64,000 nucleotides of DNA from Styela clava (lineage: Eukaryota). Below the pieces are notes generated by a model. The model was not told where the DNA came from. It saw nothing but the letters and a program-made list of their open reading frames with translations, and searched no databases. The DNA lies in assembly GCF_964204865.1 (NCBI RefSeq), contig NC_135253.1, positions 9,362,001 to 9,426,000 of the forward strand, written 5' to 3'. A program made the position numbers and the translations under genes. This document shows, piece by piece, positions 28,901-41,740 of the stretch; position 1 is the stretch's first letter, and every line of letters begins with the position of its first letter.

Positions 28901-31900
28901 TATAAAAAACGGTCTTTTCAAATCTGTTCATTGTAAAAAAATGCAAGTTAATTTTTTTTCAGCGTTTTGAACGTTTTCAACATTTTAAAGATTTTTTAGT
29001 ATTAGGGATATGAATGTGTCATATATGAATTTATTTTTATACAATTCTTAACAGTTGATCGGTATTCTTGCAATTTGCAAATGTTTTTGTTATATATATA
29101 TATATATATATACTGAACCCTACTCAACACGTCCGGTTTCAATAAATACATCGAAATTTTGTATTCCCAACTGTGCGGTGAATGTCACGAATCAATCGAC
29201 CGACCATTTTTTCCGATGATAAATTAGTTTTTCAATTTCTTTATATTTGAGAGAAATGATGCCTTCATTTTTTACAATCAATCCCTGGAGAATTAAATAA
29301 AATGGAGATTTTCGCCAAGAAGTAGAAACCGATCGCTGGACTTCATGGTCTATTTTTATAGTAGGGGTCAGGCGGCAGTATAAAATCGTTTTAAAAATGG
29401 AAAAGTGTAACCTTTGAAAGGTTTTGGGTATTCGATGGTAATTTATAAATTGGGAGCAATTCTCGGAATTGTGGTGGATTATGTTTTCTATTGACATGTA
29501 TTGAAATCCCTGAAGAATGGGAAAATTTTCAATAAAAAGCTTCAAAAATACTATTTTCCGGTAACTGAAAATATTGCGATTAAATATGTGTTGGCGAAAT
29601 GTTTGTTACCGGTTTTAGAAGATTTCAAACAAAGCATATCACTCTCACTAAAGTTAAGGTAATATGATCCCAAAATTTGTACGACATCAAATGCTTGGTC
29701 GCTTGACTAGAAAATGTTTGTTCTCATTCATAAACCGCACCTAAGTGGAAAGCGACAACACTTTCATTGGAATGTCGACAGCTCCCGCCGACGATAATGA
29801 AAAACCCCATCTTATTCTCACAGAAAGGGAATTGTAAAATTGGACAGATAAGGGTATAACTAAAAGATTTTTGTCATATTTTGGAGAAAACACAAAATAA
29901 ATCTATATCATTACGTCAATTTTGAATCCAATCAGATTGTTTTCGTGATAAATATTTTCAGAAATCACGGACTTGATTTTCTCTTTCTGTAAACAGATTC
30001 TTTGGATGGAGACATTCAAATTTTGCGCTTTAATTCAATTTTGCGGTAAGATTTAGATTGATCTATCGACGTCATTTAAACTAAGAGGTTCCTGAAAATT
30101 AACCTTTGTAACAAAAACATTTTAAAATAGTTGATTTTGAAAAACAATATTTCAACAAAAACCCTGATTCATTGTTTGTAGTCAGATCGGGTTTGCGGTA
30201 TTCAGTATGACATAGAAGGGTTGTAGCAATTTAACGCCCGGTACGGTAGTTTTGATATTTATACGCATGTACATTTGATTGCCTTTGTCATGTAGTCTGA
30301 CGATATAACATAATATCATAACCTAGTATCAAGGCTCTTCGCGTACTCTGGAAGAATCTAAATGACTATTTATAGTCCGGCCTGTAGGGGTAAGGGATAA
30401 AAGGCTTTGGTTTGTCGTATCTTTATCGGCCCCATTCCCGGGACAAAAAAGATATTCCTACTTTTTTTCCGTAGTCGTATAGCTAGCTACTAGTATATAT
30501 CAGAATATATACTGTTATTTTTACACAGTGTATTAATGGATAATCGGGTTATGTCACGGCCGTCAGCCTCCGACCAACATTCTTCGATACAGCACCCACA
30601 ATTATCCCGCTGTTTTGCCACGGAATTCGCCAAGTAATGAAATAGTAATCGATTTTGTACGCCAGTGTCATCTATTCTGGGCAGATATGGCGCGTTTAAT
30701 CACATTATCGATTGCTTTCGTAGGATTGTGTTGACGACAAAAATGAAAATTTAAGAGGAATGTAAAAAAAATTTAACATATGGAATTACTATTACTTTCG
30801 TTTCTATGCGCCAACGTACCTAAATAAAAAACTTGAAATATATAATTAGTTGATTATTCTATATTTGATAGAGTTCAACAATGGTGTGTATATACAGGTT
30901 ACAGTAGCGGATTGAATTCGTGCTATGCTTTTTGCTGTAATTTTTACGAAATTTATTTGAAAATTTTTAAACTTGAATCATGTCGAATCAATTATATACT
31001 CATAAACAAACGCCCCGCGAAAACAAAACGAAAAATTGTATTTTTTATTGTAAAAGTTTCCAATGTATTTATTTTCGGCGATCGAGTCCATTAGCGGCTA
31101 CTTTTTACCTGTTCTGTTCGCTGCCTATAAAGATTAGTTAATTTTTCCATGTATAATTTGATTCAATTGATACAAATTTTATTGAGAGTGCAATAGATCA
31201 CATTCTAGCTTTGTCATAACGATGAAACATTATGTGGAATTATGGAATTCTCCTCTCTTGTTGCTATGAACTTTAGATGTATTCGTATGTTTTGATTTTG
31301 TCATTGAATGACATTTTATTTTCAATATACAAAATATATAAGTGCCGGGTGGACCAACAATAGGGTCTTAAAACTGCAATCCTACTTGTGTGCAACCATG
31401 TATATATTATCAAGTACGGAAGTATGTTTCCAATATTTAAACAATTAAAAAACAATTCAATCGCACTGGCAGTATGTTTCACACCATGCACACCAAAGCG
31501 GTTTTTCATTTGGAATATTTTCATCTAAACAAGATATGAAGGCCAGATTTTGAAAATTAAATATCGACGCGGCCTCATGCTCACACAGCGGCTTCGTAAA
31601 TTTGTGCGCTAGTGCATACCAAGCATTAGCATCGTTGTATGTAACGTTGGCATATAAGATCTTGTTCCGAAATTCCGATAAAATTCACTATTTTGTCTAT
31701 TTTCTTCTAATCTCCAATGAATTATTAATGCCGGTTAAGTGCCTAGAAGTTTTGCTATAAACTGCTTATCAGAACGACCGAGAATTTTCCAATTTTAACT
31801 CCATAGATGGATTAGTAAAATTACGTTAAACACGAAAATTCCGACATAAAAGCCAAACTCGTCTGACTCTGTAGGCACGATCTTTAAACGGGCATATTTA

Positions 31901-34900
31901 AAAAAAATTCAAAACAATTCGAATGTTTTTTTATCAAACAAACTAACCACAAATGTGCTATACTTCTTGGAAACCAAACACACCATTTGTGCAATATACT
32001 ACACTTGATTTTTTTATAATTTCTGTGGCAAAAAATGTATAGTTGAATGACAATTTCTTCACTGTTGAATTTGACATTTTATTCCGGAGTCTCCATGTGT
32101 TCTGAAATTGTTTCCATCTCACGAAAACAGTCCAATTTCTAATCCCTTCAACCGCTATCAAGACTAAACATTTTTGTGGTACATGCAGCGGCGTCTTCAA
32201 AGCAATGCTTATCGTAGCTTTTACTTTGAGCAAAAATATATTTTTCAAAATCAATCTTCTAAACGTATTGCTTCGTGTTCGCCGTTAGTTTTTTTTAATC
32301 GATTTTAAAATTCAGCTAAACCTTCTCAAGCTAAACTCATAGTTCGTCGTTGTTATTAGGGCAAGGTAATTTTTCAAATTAAATGAACGTATTTTTAGCT
32401 TTCCTCATAAAACAAAACCTCTGTTACAACAGTGGGTGTCAGATAAAAGGTGGAAAAAATTTAAAAATATTTCAAAGCAAATAATATTTACGAAGGGCTA
32501 TCGTGCAAAGGGAAAGAATACAACAATTGGTATGTGGAAATAATAGCATGCATACACTTATTTACACAACCTTCTATTTATGTGAACTTTTTATGTTATT
32601 TATTAGATGGGTACTCACTCCCGTAGTATGTGTACCAGGTTAGGATTAAGCCATAATTTTGTTCCGATTTTCCTTATTTTAGTTCTATTACGAATTCGGG
32701 GACTGTCTGTGTTAGCCAAATATACCCCCTGCTCATAGGTTCCAGTCGCTTTACACACCTTGATGTAGAGTAGGCGAACAAAATTAGTTGCATGCATGTA
32801 AATATTTTAAAACTGGAAAATTGTATTGAAAACTATGCTTATCGCCAAAAAGTGAAGCCAAGGCCAAAATGAAATTTACAGCCCGGTTTTACTTTAACGA
32901 ATTGCCTAAAATGGTAAAATTGTATTGAGTATACGATTGCTGAAATGTACACGCATATCCGGTATACTATCGTTACCTGAGCACAAAATTATAGGTTTCG
33001 TCCATTTCCCTAATCACAATGTAGCCTATTAAGATCACTTTGGGGGCAGACTGACTTATATGTTGTACATTATCATGGGTGAAATGCAGGCCTACAGCCA
33101 ATATTCTGGAAAATGACGTATTAACGTGAAACATTGAAGTAGACCCGAAGGCTCAAAAAACAAATAATATCGCTTTATCAACGTTGACAGCTCGTGTGAT
33201 TAGTTGTACAATCAAATTTCAAATAAAATTTCAGATAAATAATCTTAAAGTCAAGTCTTAACACCGAAAATCGGATTTGAAATGAGTGTTCCGACATACT
33301 AATTTGAAGTGGGATAACGTAAGGTTATCTTACTAAAATACAAGTTGGCTTGAAATTGCAATTCCATTTTGTTCTTACTGATAAGCCTCGTAACTTTAAT
33401 TTAAAGTAAGAGTTTATATAACTGAATATCCTAATAAAGTGTGGTTCAATCAGATAAGATAGTGAAAATCCAAGTTTTTCGACAGACCACGAATATATAC
33501 AACGATCGTATCACCTATTTTATTCACTATTTAAAACGGGTTCCTTTTTCGGCGAACATAACCAAAAATTTAAGTCACATAATATAGTATTTGATTCATA
33601 GAATAGGCATAGAAAGTGGCATCAAATTATAATGAAAATATAGCGTCCTTGGTTCGTTTCAAAACTGTTTCGGTTTCACAGTTCCGGTCGCACAAACACT
33701 ACCAACTGTTTTTAACTGAATATTTGAGGTATCGGGACACACGGGCCAATATTCACTATGCCATTTATCTCGCAGATATGAAATATCCCGTTAAGACTAC
33801 AAACAGGCCACTGTCGTTTAAATTATTATTTACACAAAATTGGCTGTCACGGAAATGGAACTTGCTCGGAAAATGAAATCGTCGAACATTTTATAATATG
33901 TTGTCTCCGCTGGAATTTCCTACCGTTTTATTTAATCATTGCAGACAACTGTATATCAACAATATATCCCCTCAAAAATATAAATAATCTGTGAACAAAT
34001 CCCGTAATTTGTCTTAGAATACGAGAAATATTTGAACATGTTACGATAAATCTCATATGATCCCTGTGCATAAAACTACGCCAGTTACAAGCACCATTAA
34101 ATATTATTATTAATAATAAACGCTCAGAAGCGTAAAAACGACCAACACTCAAGAAGCATAAAAATAAGTGAATAAACATTGATCCAAAATGCAGAATATG
34201 CCATTCGTTTGACGGAATCGTTGACCACATCCGTATTCCTGGGTGTAAAGTTTTGGCACCCACAGACTATACAGAAAACCGCCTATTCCTCGCATTGGAA
34301 AAATTATGAACACTACCAAATACCTAGTACAAATACCTACCTTACAGAATAGTACCAGCAAAAGTCTGCATAAGTAACTTTGAATTGTATATTTGACACC
34401 AAATAATGCGGAACAAAATTTTGGTAAAATTGGCGCTACAGTGAAAGATAATATTTTTGGCAAGATTCTAAATATTTAAAAATCTGTTATATATTTGAAA
34501 TATTTTCGGGAAATGCATTACTTTTCTCGCATCCAAAAAATTTTAAATGGTGAAGTGACTTTTGGCAAAGGTATTGATGAATCCATTTATCGGCGCACTC
34601 GAAGTAAATTGAATCTCGTATTTCATTTTAATGCATCTTAAATTTCTTTCAATACATTCTAAAAGCGGTTTATATTGTGTATCATATTTCGTATCAAAAA
34701 AGTTTTTTATAGCAATAATTTTTTATTGTTCATTTTTTTTTGGAAACAAAATTAAACTTTCATGCCCGAAACATGAATTTGCAAATCTGTTAGTGTTTTG
34801 TGAATGTATATCAATTCTTCTCGATGGTAATTCTAAATACTGAAATCGTTACATAGGGATATAACAAGTGTTTCCATATAGTAAAATAGATTCCAAATGC

Positions 34901-37267
34901 CCGCACACATTTGTGAAAAATTTACCACACAAAGTTCCCTCGGAAGTGTTTCAAAAATTTGATTTCGAATTGAATTTTTGGAAAAAATAACTAAAAAAAA
35001 ATTCGATTCGCTTTAACAAACATTTTCTTAACAGAATATTCCCAAGAAAAAAATCTCAGTAAAATTGCACATGTGTATATTATAATCTATTACATTTATG
35101 TTAGAGTTTACTAATTTTTTTTAATTTTTTCCAATTACATATGATTCGCGATAACGACTTTCGCAATTATTTTACCACAAAGGTTGATGAATTTTCCGGT
35201 CATGAATTACATGTGTTTTAAACCACAAAAAAGGACTTGTTGCACAAGACTTGGACATTAAGATAACGAATTTTTTGTTTTGTTACATAGAAAAAGCTTT
35301 GAACATAAGATGAGTCTTGTGGAGTACAGAAAATTTTTGTCATTTTATACGTAAATTGAAAGCCGCAAAAGATATCATGGCTTCAAATATACCGTTATCT
35401 CGTTTTCAAAAATAGGTGAAAACAACTTAAAACATCAGTTTAAAAAGACATTATTGATACGTGAAACGAAAATGCAAAATACCGAATCCAATCAATTATA
35501 GCAAGATTTATTTTGACAAAAACGTAATTACTGACTCGATCTTGTGTGACGTCACAGCGTAAAAATTTGCGATCAACTGAAATATTAACGTAATTAATTC
35601 ATTCTCTTTTCGACTGCGTGGCCTGAATAACAGAATCCGGGTTATTTAAAACGTATTCTGGAGAAAACATAGATTTTGCACGAGCGTCCTAGATTTATGA
35701 GGCTTTTAGTTGTTACAATCGAACATTTGTAAAAAAAAACTACAAAATAAACATTTACCTCTATTGAAAACACGTTTTCCTGTTTTTCTGTTTATTATTG
35801 CTCGGAACGATATTCAAATTTCAATGAAGAGATTACGTTTGGGACTTGGTTGCATAAAGCAGAATTGAAGGTCATTGCGAAAAAGTTGAGTTTATCTATG
35901 AGATTGAAATGATCGAAGAAATATTCAGTTCAAACTTTCATTCTAATCCATTAATTTTGTATAGTTAATTACACACGCGCTGCCAAACATATAAACGCTA
36001 TTTAATATTAATGAGTTATTTCAGCTTTCAGGCCTACTTCGGGGGTTCAAATAAATAATTAGAAAACACGTTCAGATTTCGAGATGTGACGACTTTCAAT
36101 ATGAAAGCAATTACCGACTGTATTCAATTTCCATATTGAAAACAAAAAAGGCAATAAAATACAAAAAACCGGCTGTATTCAATTCGTATATCGCTCAATA
36201 TAAACAACACAAATGAATAAATAAATACATATCAAATAAGCCGCAGTAAATAAATTCATGTATACACGCTCTCATGGGAGAGGAGTTCCCAATAATTGAA
36301 TAAAAAAACAGCGAAATCGACCCTGTACGAATCGAATAAATATTCTAGAGAACGTTTCCATCTTTGAACACAGAAAACCCGAAATCAACAGATCCATAAA
36401 TTGCTGGAAAAATTGATCTATATGTCTACTTTGTGTCTTTAATAGAATCTTATATCCGTCACAAAAGTATCCGAGAATCGTATAATGGTTTCAAAGCAAT
36501 TTTTATAAACTTTTCAAGTAGAACTAAAAACGACCAATAAAAAATATGTCAGACCTATGTATTTGAAATACAATATTATTCATTTTATTTTTAGTGGACC
36601 AACAGAAGAACAAAAAGAATGCGTTAAAAGTACCATAGTCGTTCTCAGTTTGATACTTGCTTTCCTGATATGCTGGTTACCTCACTTGCTCGAAACTGTT
36701 TTCAGCATGACCGGATTTTGGGCTGGGTATAACTATGCAAAGCAACGTTTTTTCTTGGAAAGTTTGGGAAAATGTATGTCTTACGCACATGCTTTCATCA
36801 ACCCGTTTATATATACATTTGCTTCCCCTGTTTTCCGACGCAGCTTACGAAATTCTTTATGTCAAAAAATAAGCCAGTGCAGAGAAGAAGGACACGTCTG
36901 TGGTCGTTCGATTGTCCGTCGTAAAAACACCGACAGACGCATGCTGAGAATACCCCTAGATACCGAATATGAAGATCAAACGATGCGAAGAAACAATGTC
37001 CGAAATTCCACACCTGGAGTGGTTAGTCCGAAGACAGAACATGCACCAATCGCGACTGGATTTGACTGTCATTCTATTACTCGTGTGACAGACGTGACAA
37101 GATTTGCGTCACCTGACGCTTGCAGCGAAAGACGTTTTACGCAGACTACACTGAACGCTGTTGATGAGACTGCAGAAGCCCAACACGATTTGTTGGCCAA
37201 CGAGGAACAAAATAACCCCGCCGATGAAAATGGCCACTGCACCAATATGAATGGACAGTGGTCGTGA
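13853..37267 (+). CDS. Class A (rhodopsin-like) GPCR, galanin/allatostatin-A receptor-like; join(13853..13952,17708..17937,23310..23586,24964..25132,36595..37267), 482 aa
   Basis: Five exons joined by GT..AG introns with matching phases (1,0,1,2), 1449 nt, no internal stop. Seven TM segments with class A motifs: TM1 GIITN, TM2 NLAVSD, WRFGAFLC, TM3 end WMRF, TM4 W, ECL2 Cys (FSCEW), TM5 YLFPLLLVTVFY, TM6 CWLPH, TM7 NPFIY, helix 8 SPVFRRSL. Family assignment is from remembered similarity, not a search. Confidence 0.9.
15823..16049. mobile_element. MULE/Merlin-like MITE with subterminal ATTTGAACCC repeats
   Basis: GG...CC ends; repeated TTTG(A/C)ACCC on the left and GGGTTCAAA on the right; internal GGGTTAGGGT; 9-bp TSD CTAATGAAT/CTAATAAAT. 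Confidence 0.75.
17708..17937 (+). CDS. GPCR exon 2 (TM1-TM2)
   Basis: Acceptor ttttag|AA, donor TGG|gtgagt; encodes VIPVVIIILLVLGIITNVLVVYV...FVLNLAVSDVMFLLVSGPYW. Confidence 0.92.
18075..18335 (+). mobile_element. SINE family 1, 5'-truncated copy
   Basis: GGGTTCGCAGGTTCGAAATCCGTGG...CTGGTCGTTTA...CAAGTCCA...CGAGATAAA...ATCCTATCC. Confidence 0.7.
19581..19872. mobile_element. hAT-like MITE
   Basis: TAGGATCGGC...GCCGGCCTTG ends; TSD CTAGGAGT/CTAGGAGA. Confidence 0.6.
22348..22644. mobile_element. hAT-Charlie-like MITE
   Basis: CACTGGTTATCA...TTGAGAACCACTG ends; TSD-like GACTAGAT/CTCTAGAT. Confidence 0.7.
23310..23586 (+). CDS. GPCR exon 3 (ECL1-TM3-TM4)
   Basis: Acceptor tttcag|ATA, donor GGC G|gtaagt; encodes WRFGAFLC...SIYTICALAWMRFMALVMP...ILAIWIAGIILSIPNL. 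Confidence 0.92.
24104..24402. mobile_element. hAT-Charlie-like MITE
   Basis: Perfect TSD GTCTATAA (24096-24103, 24403-24410); GGCCCACGGGCCAAATCCGG head; ends CCACCCCTG. Confidence 0.8.
24635..24825 (-). mobile_element. SINE family 2 copy
   Basis: CTCCGAACAAGG...TTTATTACACCCTGGGTGAG is the reverse complement of the 26920 copy; a further fragment lies at about 17420-17455. Confidence 0.55.
24964..25132 (+). CDS. GPCR exon 4 (ECL2-TM5); not in the ORF track
   Basis: Acceptor ttttgtag|CA (phase 1), donor CG|gtaaga (phase 2); encodes AFSCEWTRESEKAHNVYGAAKLVATYLFPLLLVTVFYAVIGREVLCFMMHHNSRIHR. Confidence 0.88.
25437..25582 (+). mobile_element. MITE family B, truncated copy
   Basis: GGTACTCTCGTAGTGTATGTACCAGGTTAGGGTTGGGCCATAATTTT...TGTGTTAGCCAA. 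Confidence 0.75.
26651..26838 (+). mobile_element. MITE family B, near full-length copy
   Basis: GATACTCCTGTAGTGTGTGTACCAGGTTAGGGTTAGGCC...TGGTACACACACTTCTGGAGCGCC; imperfect TIR of about 24 bp. Confidence 0.8.
26920..27150 (+). mobile_element. tRNA-like SINE family 2
   Basis: GGCTCAATGG (A-box-like), GTTCAAATCCC (B-box-like), CTCATCCAGGGTGTAACAAA and CTTGTTCGGAG, shared with the minus copy at 24635-24825. Confidence 0.55.
29092..29112. repeat. (TA)n microsatellite
   Basis: About 10 TA units. Confidence 0.9.
32610..32790 (+). mobile_element. MITE family B, truncated copy
   Basis: Same core (GTACCAGGTTAGG, TTCGGGGACTGTCTGTGTTAGCCAA, GCGAACAAAATTAGTT). Confidence 0.75.
36595..37267 (+). CDS. 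GPCR exon 5 (TM6-TM7 and long C-terminal tail)
   Basis: Acceptor tttttag|T (phase 2); FLICWLPH, YAHAFINPFIY; TGA at 37265-37267. Confidence 0.92.
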
Positions 37268-37722
37268 TTTTTGTGATGAATTATCAAAACTAAATTCGCA
37301 AAGACGTTTTCTGTGACTGCTGGAGCACAGAACAGTACGGGAAAACAAGATTTCCTTCTCTCAAGTGAGTCTTGTGAAATCGAACTTGGCGTAAACCATT
37401 TAACCTGCGCCAACAGAGCGGGAGTGTATGAATGCCTGATACGGGCATACTCTACACGGAATCGGTTGAAGGTTTGTATAGCACGAAACACAATGCAACA
37501 TTGTCTACTATGACTCACCTACCTCAAACGAAATTATGGAAGTGAAAAAATTATTCCGCAAGAGATTTTGCACGAATCCTTATCGTCCTTGAGTTCCATT
37601 TCTTATGTCGCAAAGTAAATTTTCTTTATTTGGGAAACGACCTTCAACCCTGGCGAGGTCGTTTCAAATTATATAGAGTAAACTTAAAATTAAATTGTGC
37701 GTGTTGACGTTTATGAAAAAGT

Positions 37723-37728
37723 AATAAA
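37723..37728 (+). promoter_or_regulatory. Candidate polyadenylation signal of the GPCR gene
   Basis: AATAAA about 455 nt after the stop codon; the AT-rich background makes it weak evidence. Confidence 0.35.
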
Positions 37729-39565
37729 ATATTCTTTTTCCACAAAACGACTGGATTTTTCTATGATTGGGTACTGCGCAGCATATCAGTCGTCAACAAA
37801 GTCTTACGTCCTGTTTTCCGAATTTAGGTTTTATGGCTGAACAAAACTGATTCCCGCGGTCAAATAAACATAAATGAACATGCAGTTACAGATCAAAAGC
37901 GAGATGATGTTTGTGAACCAAATTAAAAATCTTCCATTCGCTTGCCAAAACACGAAATAATGATATCTTAAACGTGTGAGAGTATTTCAACCATATAGTC
38001 AGCTGTAAAAAGGGTGAGGTAATATACCATCATAAGCAATGTTTGTTTGCGCTTTCTTAGGATGCAAAACATTCTACTTTTTGATTAATGGTCACGCTAT
38101 TATTTATCCTAAATACAACAAAGTAGAAAAACCGTAAATCTTCCGATTCTTTTAAACAGCTAGTAAACTTAAATTGGCCCGTGCCAATTTGGAGACAGGT
38201 CGTGGAATCAGATGTTCTCTAAAAAATTATTTCCATTTATCGAATTTGTTTATTTTACGAATGAATGCTCGCAAGGACAGTTGAGAAATGAGTTTTCACG
38301 ATACTAACAGAAAAAAAATGTTAAGGATTTCCTCGAGATTCAAGTAAATATTAGTATCTCATCCATTACCTTCATCCTATCGAGCAAAAAATCTCAGGTG
38401 CTATTTGATTTTCTTCAGTTTTCGTCGAAAGCACGCGGATATTACATAAATTCTATCAGTATCACCTACAGCCCTTTTTGTGGGTTGTTTTGTATATATA
38501 AGAATATAAATTTGAAAGTTGTGAAATAATCTGTTTTCACTAATTTATCATTTGAGTCATGTCAACAATGATAAAACTCATATCAACAGATAACAATCGC
38601 TTTAAAAGCATTCGTTTTGAGTTCGCGTTGAGACAGAAAAATGTGATGAAAATAGAGAGGATTAACATATAGATTGTACAACGCAATCTTTGTATATCAT
38701 CAAATTTCTCAATGTCTGGAAGAAAATATTAAATAGGACTCGTATTCTTTCGTCTATATACTGTTTACCCAATGCATCCAACAAGTATGGTTACGTTCCA
38801 TTAAATTTATATTCTAGTATTGCTTACGGTGAAGTTGAGTAAATGATAGGAACATGTAAAAATTCAATCGTATATTACACACAGGAAAGTATTCAGCTGT
38901 AAGAGTATATATGAAATGGTATAATATGTAAAACAGAAATACTCAAACAAATTGGCGCCATGGCGGTACTGGTATCGTCACCCTAAACATAAGGCATTCG
39001 TTGAGTAAAATAGCTTACCGAAATTAATGGATAAACGGCACCGGTAAACTATGATGTAAAACAAGTATGATATTTGTAGTAGATTTGAAAATTTGATGTA
39101 ATTCCAGGTGACGTTTTGATTTTGAAGTACTGAACCTTTGTTGTCGTTGAATGAACAGCGACCGAATGAACACCGCCAATAACAGCAATACGTGTCCAAT
39201 TAAATGTTATGTCGGTACTGTGCAAAAAAGGTGTAAATAATGCACAATAGTGCTATAAAGTTTTATTTCCCCGCGCCTCTAAAGCTTCAAATTTGTGAAA
39301 GTTGCATTATTTGTTCATGTATCCAATATTTAATTAAATTTTATATTTGCATATATAATCCAATTTGTTGGGCAAATGCATAATGCATAACGAATGTACC
39401 CGCTGTACACAGATTTTACAGTTTAATATGTCATCTTAATCCATATTGGTAGAAAGATAATCAATGCATGCAACAGGTAATTGTAACTTAAATAGCCGAA
39501 CAAAAAAATGAGTTTTTTGTATCCAAAGAAAATGCCCGAGATGACCATTGATTGATTGACTAATT

Positions 39566-40683
39566 CAGGGGTGTCAAACTCGTGGGTTCCCGAGGGCCGC
39601 ATTGCCTTTTGGGAATTGTACAAAGGGCCACAAGCAGTTTTTGATAATGAATACTTGAAGCATATTTTTAGATTGGTGTAGTTTGTGACATATATTGTGA
39701 TACAGAAAAACAACATTAACTGCGCATTTGTTGGATGACATTGAATACACGATTTTGAAATAATATCTTGAACAATATATTTCGACTGAAAACTGATTCT
39801 GAATTTATCATTGTCAAATTTTCATATTCATCAATCTCGGTACTTCAATTGTTTTTCACATTTATTGATAATATTGATTTATTGATGATGGTCTTTTAAA
39901 ATAAACGCTACGGGAGATAAATTTACGATGGCACAATGATTTTTAAAGAAATTGTACATTATAAAGATTATCTATAGGATGCCAGTTAACAGTTAAAATA
40001 AATAATTTCAGTAATGCAAAATATTACGTTTATCATTTCATGTATAGATCAGTAAACAAACAAATAACTGACTTTTTGGACAAGACATTTCCCGCCATAT
40101 TTCCTACCCTTACGTGGCAAAAAATTTTTGAGTTATGATTGATATTGATTTTTAGTAACATAGGTAGTTGTGTAATTGTAATAATATACAAACACATAAA
40201 AATTTAATGTTTGAATTTTCTTTAAATTTGTCATATTGACTGCTGAGCTTATTCTGATAATGTCTACTTATATTGAATCTTTCATTGTACTGATGGAAAT
40301 GTGACAAATTGAACAATGTGCTTTAGAATTTTAGGAGATGGAGAAATATTGCAACTCTCATTTTTCTTTAAAAATGCCACCTTCTTCATGTACTTTGCGT
40401 TTCATTTAAATTCTAAAGTTTTTTTTTGGCAAGTATTTTTTTGCTAGCTTGAGATGTATCCATAATTGGGTCAAATTGAAAACAAAATATTTTCCAAAAC
40501 TGCCTTCAGTAAATTGCCGTTTTCTGTGTGAATAATCAGTTTCACTTTAAAAGGTGTGAAAAATGTATTACATTTAGATAAAAAAAATGAACAAAATATT
40601 ACAATTACAATAACAAATTATTATTGTTAAGCGTTCGAGGGCCGCATTCGAATTTCTCTGGGGCCGCAAGTTTGACACCCCTG
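39566..40683. mobile_element. Non-autonomous hAT (Charlie-like) element, 1118 bp
   Basis: TIR CAGGGGTGTCAAACT/AGTTTGACACCCCTG; GAGGGCCGCATT subterminal motifs; TSD GACTAATT/AACTAATT. Confidence 0.88.
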
Positions 40684-41578
40684 AACTAATTGATTTTCAG
40701 TTGACAGTGTCATATAATATATTTTCAACTTATAGTAAATGAAACAATGCTATGCTTTAATACATGGACATATAGGTCAGCCATGGAATACGGAATATAA
40801 GTTAAGTGTTTTCATTCAATTAAAATAGAACAGCAAAATTTTTGATGAAATAACGAATCAGATGGGAATCAGGAAATTAAAAAAAGGGAATGGCCTTTTA
40901 GCAATATCTGCCATCTCTTAGTACTGAAATTTTTTGTCAAAGTCGATTGGTCGTCATAAGTTGCGGACAAAGGTGAGTTTTTCACAACTACAAGAATTTT
41001 GCAGAACTATACATATATATGTGTACACTCCATGTTTAATAACAGAGAAACACAATATATAAACTACTGGTTTTTCTGAAGCCGGGAGAGTATATACATC
41101 TAGAAATAATCATATTTACTTGGAGAGTCGGTTTGTTTCTACACGATCCACCGTTATTTTTGCACATCAACAATGCACATATTTGAGCTTGCAACTCGAT
41201 TTCAGGGACTTGAAAAATTATTTGAAATCAAAAATTTAATTGTCAAGGTACTAAAAAAGCCGCGTGAAATTTTATCTTGCCTTCTCGTTAGCTGATGTTT
41301 GGAAGAAGCTTTTGAAAATGTTGAAAACCCAATTGCTGCGCAGAGGACTACATTAATGCCAATGTTGGGGGGAATATAGCCACCTTTTTCTAATACTCTA
41401 AGTGATTCGAGTTATCTGAACGAAATAACTCGGGCTTGAATAACTACCATAGAGACTGGAATTTAATTTGGAGCCGGCCTTTGAATTGGAGAAAATGCAC
41501 AGTAAAATAAAAGTTTCATATATCAATATGACTCATATTTGTTCATTTCACATTTGATTATAAAATTTACTATAATTC

Positions 41579-41740
41579 GGAATCGACTTGTAACTCGACT
41601 CAGCCATTACTCGACTTGTGACTCGTAAGTGCATTGACTCGACATAAATTGGGAGTCCAAGTTTAAATTGACTCGTACTCAGACTTGACTCGGCTGATCC
41701 ATAACTCGACTCGGGTATTGACTTAGGATTTACTCGTTTC
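41579..41740. repeat. GACTCG/GACTTG short-motif cluster (probable transposon subterminal remnant)
   Basis: More than 10 dispersed (G)ACTCG/GACTT motifs in about 160 bp. Confidence 0.5.

Noticed and set aside
29192-34463. ORFs of 100-117 aa in GPCR intron 4 (29192-29545, 33928-34263, 34149-34463)
   Set aside because: F/I/L/K-biased translations typical of AT-rich non-coding DNA; no domains or consistent splice structure.
37268-37513. Stop-codon readthrough extension of the GPCR into ORF 37313-37513
   Set aside because: Two further in-frame TGA codons follow within four codons.
37069-37518. 149-aa antisense ORF over the GPCR 3' end
   Set aside because: Largely the shadow of the sense coding frame; no motifs or splice support.
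39700-40560. Transposase remnant within the 1.1-kb hAT element
   Set aside because: No ORF or recognisable hAT motif could be read.
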